A stretch of DNA of 63,785 bases, counting the filler. It is 4 parts of 4 records of this genome, joined end to end, with 100 filler letters (N's around TTAATTAATTAA, not from the genome) between each part and the next. Parts side by side here need not be neighbours in the genome. Positions count along the whole stretch, not along the records: positions 43,441 to 58,605 come from SRR31156797_15304; positions 58,706 to 63,785 come from SRR31156797_15526; 2 more parts are not named here. One strand, 5' to 3'. Under the pieces are notes generated by a model. The model saw nothing but the letters and a program-made list of their open reading frames with translations. It had not been told where the DNA came from and did no database searches. Of this stretch, positions 53,283 to 60,885 are shown piece after piece. The translations under genes were made by a program, and so were the position numbers. Within the stretch, counting starts at the first letter, position 1; every line of letters begins with the position of its first letter.

Positions 53283-54050
53283 ATGAGTATTACATTAAGG
53301 TCAGTCGGATTGTTCGGAATACTACTTTTTGGAGTTCTATTCTCTATTACCTTTTTATCACCTCAGGCTATTGAAGAATCGGCAAAAGGGTTCGTGAAAT
53401 ACCAGATAGAAAAGGAAGTCAGAGAAAAACAGCAATCCTTAATTGACTCTAGCCTTGCAAGCAAGGCTCTGAGTATTGCCGAAAGTCTCGGATTAGAATC
53501 TGAGAAAATACAAGAGAATCTAGACAATAATCTGCCAGAAAAAATAGCGAGCGTTATTGCTTCTATGTGCGGCTATGATTGCGAAAGAAAAAAGGCATTA
53601 CCCCTATCAATTGCTTCAGGTTACGTGGACCGCCTTAAGAACATTAAAGTTGCTCAAGACACTCTGGGTGATCTAATTAAGGGTAAGTACATCGAAATAG
53701 TTACTAACTTGAAGTTTGATCTGCGTATATTTCTAGGGGCAAATTTTGTAATGTTCCTTGCTCTTTTAGCCGTATCTTTTGCAAAACCAAAAGCAATAGC
53801 TCATTTATTCTTACCTGGGATACTTTTGTTTTTGGCTACAATAATCTCTTCGGCAATATACATCTTTGGCCAAGATTGGTTCTATACCATTTTGTACAAT
53901 GATTATATGGGGTTTGGCTATTTGGTTTACCTCTCGGTTATATTTAGCATATTAATAGATATAGTTTTAAATAAGGCACGGGTTACAACACAAGCAATAA
54001 ACGGTATTGCTAATACATTGGGTTCAGCGCTCTCGGTGGTCCCGTGCTAG
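53283..54050 (+). CDS. cassette 1: multi-pass membrane protein of unknown function
   Basis: N-terminal TM, soluble domain with CGYDC, three C-terminal TMs; bounded by attI and attC1. Confidence 0.75.
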   Translation: MSITLRSVGLFGILLFGVLFSITFLSPQAIEESAKGFVKYQIEKEVREKQQSLIDSSLASKALSIAESLGLESEKIQENLDNNLPEKIASVIASMCGYDCERKKALPLSIASGYVDRLKNIKVAQDTLGDLIKGKYIEIVTNLKFDLRIFLGANFVMFLALLAVSFAKPKAIAHLFLPGILLFLATIISSAIYIFGQDWFYTILYNDYMGFGYLVYLSVIFSILIDIVLNKARVTTQAINGIANTLGSALSVVPC

Positions 54051-54054
54051 GCGC

Positions 54055-54147
54055 ATTTAACAAAGCAATCAACCGGACTTCGCATTGCGTGGTTCGCTTC
54101 GCTCACTTTACCACGCAATACTCCGCTCGGTTATTGCGGCGTTATGC
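54055..54147 (+). mobile_element. attC1
   Basis: ATTTAAC...GCAATCAACCG...CGGTTATTGC...GTTATGC imperfect inverted repeat, 93 bp. Confidence 0.9.
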
Positions 54148-54157
54148 AAAGGTAAAA

Positions 54158-54600
54158 TGAAAAAAGTAATATTAATAGTATTCGCATTTTTGCTTATTAA
54201 TCAAAATGGTTATTGCGGAAATACCAGAATTGAAACTATCAACGAGTCTGGCGAAAAAGCCACTTCTACTAGATATGGAAATAAAACTAAAATCGTCACC
54301 TTAGACAATGGAGTTAAGGTAAAGCTATTGAGCATGGGGCCATTCCACTTTGAAAATGGAGATCCACCTGCATTAGTTCTAACCTATGAAACTGAAATAG
54401 ATCTTTCAAACTATTCAAAGCTGAAATCTGAAGTCGATCTAATTTGGAAAAAATTTCGATATAACGTTGAAAAAGGTGGTTTTACTGTTGCAGCAATAAG
54501 AGCACAAAGCCCCCTGAAGGGCGAAGGCAAAAGAACAGGTAGAGGCCACGGTTTCGTCTTCTTAAAACAAAGTGATGGAAGCTGGAAGCATAAAAAATAA
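54158..54600 (+). CDS. cassette 2: exported hypothetical protein
   Basis: ATG at 54158 (MKKVILIVFAFLL signal peptide). The longer ORF-track call overlaps attC1. Confidence 0.75.
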
Positions 54601-54603
54601 AAT

Positions 54604-54732
54604 GCATAACAAGCAAATCAACTCGGACCGCAAAAAGGTTGCGGTATTGGAACTTATGTCTAACGCATAATGTTCAATATTTATTCAACTATTTACTATC
54701 GCATTTTGCGGCCGGTTATTAAAACGTTAACA
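54604..54732 (+). mobile_element. attC2
   Basis: GCATAAC...AATCAACTCGGACCGCAAAA...TTTTGCGGCCGGTTATT...GTTAACA, 129 bp. Confidence 0.88.
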
Positions 54733-54739
54733 TATTAAA

Positions 54740-55618
54740 ATGAAACCAAGCATATTTCTAAGCCACAATATAGAAGATAAGGAGTTTGTTCGTAGATTAG
54801 CTACAGACTTAGACTGTCACGGCGTCAGAGTATGGTTAGATGAAGCGGAGCTGAAAATTGGTGACAGCCTAATAGAGAAAATCCGAGAAGGAATTGATGG
54901 TGTAGATTTTGTCGCTGTTGTGATATCCGAAAACTCTATTAAATCAAAATGGGTTCAAAAAGAAATTGATGTCGCTATGACCTTAGAAATAAGTGGAAAG
55001 GAGATAAAAGTTCTTCCACTTATGCTAGAGAGGTCTGAGCTTCCAGGTTTTCTTCTTGGCAAACTATATGCTGACTTCACAGAGGAGTCTAAATATATCA
55101 GTTCGTTCGAGCAGTTAACCAACAGCATGAATGTCGTTTTTAATAAGTCTGCTCTTATTGGAAACACTACATCATCAAATCTCGGGCAAGCTATAGACAA
55201 AGCTTCAGATCAACTATTGTTTTTTTATCCAAAGCCCTTTCATAGGCCATTCCAATATATAGGTATGAGAGTGGAAGATGCTGCTAAGGAAGTTGGTGGC
55301 ACACCAAATAAGGTCGGAAACATCATCATCGATACCGATGAAATACATATGTGCTTAGAGGCTGAAGGCACTTTTGTTAACTATATCGATGTTGATATTA
55401 AAAAAGCATCACCATGTACCCAAAATGAAGAGTTTGATTCAGAGCCAATATTAGGCTGTTTAAGCATCAACCCTTCTGAGCTAGATTTGGTAACTAAGAA
55501 AACTCATTACCATCACTACATGGACCATAAGAGAAAACTAAAAATAAGTGTCTCATGTCTTTATGATGGTGGTCCATTATCTGTAGGGTTTAGTGCCAAA
55601 TATTACAATATGAAATAA
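54740..55618 (+). CDS. cassette 3: TIR-domain protein with uncharacterised C-terminal domain
   Basis: IFLSH...DK.FVRRLA.DL...VWLDE..LKIGDSL...SKWVQKE TIR_2 pattern. Confidence 0.88.
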   Translation: MKPSIFLSHNIEDKEFVRRLATDLDCHGVRVWLDEAELKIGDSLIEKIREGIDGVDFVAVVISENSIKSKWVQKEIDVAMTLEISGKEIKVLPLMLERSELPGFLLGKLYADFTEESKYISSFEQLTNSMNVVFNKSALIGNTTSSNLGQAIDKASDQLLFFYPKPFHRPFQYIGMRVEDAAKEVGGTPNKVGNIIIDTDEIHMCLEAEGTFVNYIDVDIKKASPCTQNEEFDSEPILGCLSINPSELDLVTKKTHYHHYMDHKRKLKISVSCLYDGGPLSVGFSAKYYNMK

Positions 55619-55623
55619 AAAAA

Positions 55624-55751
55624 TGTTAACAAAGCGTTCGAGAGGGACGGCTTTAACTTGGCGGCATTTTGAAAGTAAACGGGAGCTTGAAGGAATCCTT
55701 TCTAAGAGAGTTTACCCTTAGATTTAGCCGCCCCTCAACTCAACGTTCTCG
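55624..55751 (+). mobile_element. attC3
   Basis: TGTTAAC...GTTCGAGAGGGACGGCT...AGCCGCCCCTCAAC...GTTCTCG, 128 bp. Confidence 0.85.
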
Positions 55752-55903
55752 CCGACTGCGTCGCCGAGAATCGCGGTGTTAACTTCGTCGAACACCTTGC
55801 ACCGCCGCTACGCGGCAGAACAAGGTATTCGACCTGACCCGCATTTATCACAATCAAGCTACGCTTGCTTGCGCTAAACACGGCGCTGGTCAGCACCGCG
55901 ATT
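55746..55903. repeat. gene-less multi-hairpin element at the start of cassette 4
   Basis: Nested inverted repeats TTCTCG/CGAGAA, AATCGCGGTG/CACCGCGATT, GTCGAACACCTTG/CAAGGTATTCGAC, and two GC-TAC-GC capped hairpins. Confidence 0.7.
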
Positions 55904-55918
55904 AAATGAAGGAATGTT

Positions 55919-56455
55919 ATGGAAAGCAAATATGTATGCCCATGTGGCCTGATTTGTACGGACTGTCTCTTTTTTAAAAAGGACATATACGAAAGTGCAG
56001 TTAAATTAAGAGATGCAATCAAGCATTCCCAGCTTGATACATTTTTAGGGTCAATTGCCAAAAGTAAAAGTTACAATTTTATAGCCGATCATTTAAACGC
56101 TGAAAGAAATGAATTTGAAAAATCGTTTGAACCATTTAACAAATTTCCAGCTTTTCTAGAAGTGCTTGATTCATTAATACAGTTACAGTGCAAAACAACA
56201 TGTAGAGAAACTTGTGGTTGTTCTATGACAGGGACAACTCATAAATGTGAAGCATTAAAATGCGTTAACGAAAAAGGACTTGAAGGTTGTTGGGCATGTG
56301 CTGAGAATGAAAAATGTGAGAAGTTGAATTTTGTTAAAAAAGTCTATGGTGAAACCATCAATGAGAATTTTGAGTGTGTAAAAAGAGATGGAATCACAGG
56401 AGTAAAATCCAAGGAAAATGAATACTACGCATGGCAAAGGACAATGAACAAATAA
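55919..56455 (+). CDS. cassette 4: Cys-rich DUF3795-like protein
   Basis: CPCGLICTDC...CKTTCRETCGC...C...C..EKGLEGCWAC.....CEKL. Confidence 0.8.
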   Translation: MESKYVCPCGLICTDCLFFKKDIYESAVKLRDAIKHSQLDTFLGSIAKSKSYNFIADHLNAERNEFEKSFEPFNKFPAFLEVLDSLIQLQCKTTCRETCGCSMTGTTHKCEALKCVNEKGLEGCWACAENEKCEKLNFVKKVYGETINENFECVKRDGITGVKSKENEYYAWQRTMNK

Positions 56456-56456
56456 T

Positions 56457-56592
56457 CTTATACCAACGGTTGAGGAGGGACGAAAACACGATTGCGCAAT
56501 AGGAATTTCAAACAATGGAATCCTTAGTCGAAACCCTCATATTCGTCTTTAACCCGGTGTAGGTTTTCCGCCCCTTAACCTGATCGATAGAA
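56457..56592 (+). mobile_element. attC4, degenerate core sites
   Basis: Same GAGGGACG...CGCCCC body as attC3, but TAC and GAT replace the AAC and GTT cores. Confidence 0.65.
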
Positions 56593-56612
56593 ATGGAGAA
56601 TCAGAGACAATA

Positions 56613-57029
56613 ATGGATATAACGCAAATACCTTTCAATAAATACATCGAAATATCAAGTGACACTAATAACAATGACGTTCTTGAGCTTTCCTTCAAAG
56701 ATACCATGAAAAATCACATTGGAACTTTTCATGCAAGTGCTCAGTTCGCTTTAGCTGAAGCCTGTAGTGGATTGGCATTGCAAAATAATTTTCCTCACTT
56801 GGTAAATTCTGTTGTGCCGGTATTGAGGAAATCTGAAGTAAAGTTTAAAAAATCTGCACAGTCAAAAATCATAGGAAAAGCAATCATTGATGAGGTGGCA
56901 TCTAGTAAGTTCAATAAGCAAATTGAAAATAAAGGTAGGTCTTCAATAACAGTAAACGTTGAAATTGAAGACGAAAACGGAGGTATTACCATGACAGGAA
57001 AATATGACTGGTTTGCTCAGAAAATATAA
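56613..57029 (+). CDS. cassette 5 gene a: hot-dog-fold thioesterase-like protein (YiiD/DUF4442-like)
   Basis: IPFN..I, NHIGTFHASAQFALAEACSG, VLRKSEVKFKK. Confidence 0.8.
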   Translation: MDITQIPFNKYIEISSDTNNNDVLELSFKDTMKNHIGTFHASAQFALAEACSGLALQNNFPHLVNSVVPVLRKSEVKFKKSAQSKIIGKAIIDEVASSKFNKQIENKGRSSITVNVEIEDENGGITMTGKYDWFAQKI

Positions 57030-57045
57030 CAAGAGATAGGCAACT

Positions 57046-57469
57046 ATGAATAGCATCGCAGATATTCCAATAAATAATCATCTTGGAATGAAATACGACA
57101 AGGTAAATCAAAAATTAAGTTTACCTGAAACTGAAGTAGTAATGAACCTTTTTGGTCAAGTTAGCTACTGTGCACAGTTCACTTTGGCAGAGGCATCATC
57201 GGCCCAATTTTTATTTGATAAATTAGGATTGGATTTAACAACAGATATCCCAACACTAAGAAAAACTACCACAAAATTTCATAAACCTACCAATGGTGAG
57301 TCAATATGTAACTTGGTCTCTCTTGAACACACAAGAAATGAATTTCAAGAATTATTGGAAAGAAAAAGAAAAATTATGACAAATATTGAGGTGGAGGTAC
57401 CACTCAGAGAGTGGTGTAAAATCAGTTTCCGGAAGTTTTCAATGGTTAGTTTTAAGGAAAAATTCCTAA
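57046..57469 (+). pseudogene. cassette 5 gene b: paralogous hot-dog-fold protein with +1 frameshift near 57400
   Basis: Removing one C at 57400/57401 gives ...EVEVHSESGVKSVSGSFQWLVLRKNS*, which parallels the end of gene a and stops at the TAA inside the first core of attC5. Confidence 0.7.
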
Positions 57470-57595
57470 CCAGCAAATCAACACAGACCGCAACACGATC
57501 GCGGTATTATGAAGATTAGTGTTGCACCAAAAACTCACAAATGACTCAGCCATCCTGCACCAATATTGTTGCGGCAGGTTATTCAAACGTTAAGT
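57464..57595 (+). mobile_element. attC5
   Basis: TCCTAAC..AATCAACACAGACCGCAACA...TGTTGCGGCAGGTTATT..GTTAAGT, 132 bp; same family as attC2. Confidence 0.88.
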
Positions 57596-57607
57596 GTCAA
57601 AAACGCT

Positions 57608-58189
57608 ATGCAAACTAAAACCTGGAATATTGTTGCTGAAAGAGTTGATTTCAACCTTGAAATCGATACAAAAAAGTTGCTCCAACTTGTCCCTAAAGAG
57701 AATTTAATTTTAGATTACGGGTGTGGATATGGCAGAACCTGTGAAGAACTATCATCAATCGGCTACAAGAATATCATTGGAGTGGACATTTCATCAGAAA
57801 TGATTAAAAGAGGCAAGCTTAACTTCCCTCATTTATCTTTATCCCTAAGTAAAAATAATAAAATCGACTATCCTGATAATCATTTTAAAGCTGCTCTACT
57901 TTGTGCTGTATTAACATGTGCTCCTGATGACTCTGTAAAAATGGAAATTCTCTCCGAAATCAAAAGAGTATTAGTCCCTGATGGTATCATTCATATGGTT
58001 GAATTTTGTAGTGAAACTGAAAAGAAGTTTGAATCAAGCTTTGGGATAGACATGCATCATCAAACGCCAAAATTCATACGACAACTAGTAAGCGAATTTT
58101 CAGAATTATCATTTAAAGTCAACCAGGTAAAAAATATGAACGGACAAAAAGCTCTTGCTGTCTATTATTTCGGCAAAAATGACACTTAA
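57608..58189 (+). CDS. cassette 6: class I SAM-dependent methyltransferase
   Basis: ILDYGCGYGR, GVDIS..MI, RVL.PDG. ATG at 57608; the stop lies within the first core of attC6. Confidence 0.88.
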   Translation: MQTKTWNIVAERVDFNLEIDTKKLLQLVPKENLILDYGCGYGRTCEELSSIGYKNIIGVDISSEMIKRGKLNFPHLSLSLSKNNKIDYPDNHFKAALLCAVLTCAPDDSVKMEILSEIKRVLVPDGIIHMVEFCSETEKKFESSFGIDMHHQTPKFIRQLVSEFSELSFKVNQVKNMNGQKALAVYYFGKNDT

Positions 58190-58326
58190 CCAATCATTGC
58201 AGCGGACCACAAGGGGCGGCTTTTTCTAAAATATACAACAACTTTGGAACAGTGTTGCTCTTACAAAATTTAGTGGAACCTTGTTCCCTCCCTGCGGTCG
58301 GTGGCCCCTGAACTCAACCGTTGAAC
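58184..58326 (+). mobile_element. attC6
   Basis: ACTTAAC (complement of the cassette start GTTAAGT)..TTGCAGCGGACCAC...GTGGCCCCTGAA..GTTGAAC, 143 bp. Confidence 0.85.
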
Positions 58327-58477
58327 TGAACCGCTACCGCGGAAAAAGCCTACCACCCACGCCATCCCTTACATTTCAATTTTATTGGTTCCCCATTAAT
58401 TTCTTGATCTAATTTCAGTAAAATACCTCCTACAGGATAACCATTTTGGATGTCTGTAATCATCATGGAGGTTTTTT

Positions 58478-58579
58478 ATGGCAAGAGAATACCACCACAC
58501 TTTTGAAAATAACCTGTGTCTTCAGCGAGTTTCTCCCAAAACCAAAGAGGCATATCTCCGAGCAGTAGCACAAACGTAA
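58478..58579 (+). pseudogene. N-terminal remnant of a tyrosine-recombinase SAM-like domain
   Basis: GGAGG RBS, then MAREYHHTFENNLCLQRVSPKTKEAYLRAVAQT*, resembling the S.kT..aY..av start of integrases. Confidence 0.55.
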
Positions 58580-58605
58580 GCGACTTAGGAACACCATCTT
58601 TTCGT

Positions 58606-58705
58606 NNNNNNNNNNNNNNNNNNNNNNNNNNNNNNNNNNNNNNNNNNNNTTAATTAATTAANNNNNNNNNNNNNNNNNNNNNNNNNNNNNNNNNNNNNNN
58701 NNNNN
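58606..58705. other. artificial contig junction
   Basis: N block with TTAATTAATTAA; very AT-rich sequence follows. Confidence 0.97.
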
Positions 58706-60826
58706 TAAAGGTTGTCTCCATTGATGGGCAATATTCTCCAACATTTCACCTAAAGCAGCCATTTTAGATTGTTGAGCGAGCATTGTGTCCTTTTCCCTTT
58801 TTTGAAGTTCCAGTTCTTTAACTTTTGTCAAATCAAAAACTGTTCCAACTACAAAAAGTGGTTTATTGTTCTTATCAAACCTTGTAACTTGTGTGCTTAG
58901 TTGAATATATTTTATATAACCATCTCTAAGAACAATTTTGAACTCCATTACATTTCTTTTATCACTTTTTATAGCTCTAAAAAGTCTTTTTTTAACTTCA
59001 AAAATGTCATCACTATGAACAAAAGATAAAAATTTAGTAATAGATGGTTTTATTTCATCTGGATAAAGACCAAAAATTTTATAGTGCTCATCAGTCCATT
59101 TTAGATGTTTCTTTTGTAAGTTATAACTAAAGCTTCCTAGTCTTGCAATTTTTTGTGCTTCGTCTAGAATATAATTTGTTCTTATTAACTCTTTTGTTTT
59201 TATTTCAACTCTTTTTTCAAGTTCTCGATTAAGGCTTTGAAGCTCTTTGGTTCTCTCATCTACAAGAATAGAAAGTTTTTTGTTTCTGTTCATATTTATT
59301 TGATTCATATAAATTAAAAATGCAAAAACAATTAATATAACACTTAAAATTCCCCATAATATTTTATAGTCAAAACTTTGTTCAAATTGGACATTATTCC
59401 ATTTTGCAATAATTTGTTTTAATTCATCATCATTCAGGGTTAAAATTGCTTTATTTAAAGCGCTAACAAGAGGCTTATAATCATCTCTTACCATAATTGA
59501 TAAATCTAGATTTAAACCAGTATTTCCAGTAATCTTCAAATCACTAAGCTTTAGTTTGTTGATATTGAAGTTTACTACAGGTTTAACTCCCACAAATGCG
59601 TAAACATCCTTTTTCTCTACTTTTTCTAACCCTTCTTTTATAGTTTTTACTGGGACTAATTTTAAATTTGGATAATATTCTTTTAATAGTTTGTGTGCAG
59701 AAAAGTTTTTACCTACTGCAATTTTTTTATTAAATAGATAACTCATGTTTTCAATAAAGTTTTCATCTTTTAATGTAACAATAGATAAAGGAAAGCTCAA
59801 ATATGGTTTAGTGAAATCAGAATATTCTTTTCTATCTCTTGTCTCTCCCACACTAAAAATAAGATCACTTTTTTTATTTTTTATTGAATCTAGTTGTTCT
59901 GAAAAGTTATCAAAGAAAATATAGTTTGTTTTTAACTTAAGTTCTTTTGAAAGAATCTCAAATATTTCCAAAGATATTCCTGTAGGTTCATTTTTTTCAG
60001 ACTTGAAAATAAAAGGTTTCCAGTTTTTTGATACTGAGATATTAAAAGTATGTTTTTCAATAAAATCTTTTTCTTCAGAAGTTAATTGAAATGATTTTTT
60101 ATACATTTGTTGATTGTTATTTAAAATCCATTTATTTTCAATATCATAAAACTCTTCTTCGGTGATGTTTTTTAATCCATCATTAAATAGATTAATAAGC
60201 TTCTCATCTTTTGAAATTGCTTTTATTGGAGATTTATTTTGTAAAAGTTCCAAAGGTTTGATTTTATGAAAGAAGTTATTTCTGAGTGCATAAAACTCAA
60301 TAGCAACTCTATCATCAAATATAATATCAATCTTTTTTAAATTTAAATCTTTGAAAACTGAAGCATAGTTTTCATATATTAATATTTGTGAATTAGGAAA
60401 TGTTTTTCTAATAGTTTCTTCGTGATCTCTTCCTATAATACCTATTAAGTAAGGTGTATCAATATTAAAACCTTTACTAAACTCTTTATTTATAAAAAGT
60501 GAAGTTTTAGCTTCATAAAGAGTTTTTGATCCAATCATCCAGTCTTCATAGGGATTAGTACCTAAAAAGAAATCTACATCTTTTGTTTTTGCAAGGTTTA
60601 TTGCATTTTTCCATAATATACCATTTACAAACTCTATGGAATAGTTGTTTTTTTCTGCCCATAAAGTCCAATAATCTATTAATAAACCTTCTGCTTTCCC
60701 ATTTTCAAGGTATGAAAAAGGTGCATAATCTGGGTCATAAGATATTTTGAAAGTTTTTTGAGAGGAAAATAGTAGGGTATTAAATATAAAAATTAAAAAA
60801 AGAAAGTTTTTTAATAACTTGATCAT
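58706..60826 (-). CDS. sensor histidine kinase with two PBPb domains and PAS (C-terminus cut by contig end)
   Basis: DPDYAPFSY and WKPFIF PBP motifs, TM, PAS, QQSKMAALGEMLENIAHQWRQPL H-box typical of Campylobacterota. Confidence 0.9.
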
Positions 60827-60885
60827 CTAAATCCTAACTATTTAAATAAATACTATTATATCAAATAATAGTAAAAATTTGTTGT

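Noticed and set aside
54085-54157. N-terminal extensions of cassette ORFs (54085, also 57566) and the 55735-56061 minus ORF
   Set aside because: They overlap attC or hairpin DNA. Downstream ATGs give sensible starts.
54055-58326. Recurrent palindromic repeats read as a CRISPR array
   Set aside because: They are long, non-identical, separated by whole genes and have attC cores. No cas genes and no constant repeat-spacer period.
15732-58705. Three identical TTAATTAATTAA motifs within N-runs, and apparent gene-order links across them
   Set aside because: Artificial concatenation linkers. The flanking contigs differ in composition and gene style.
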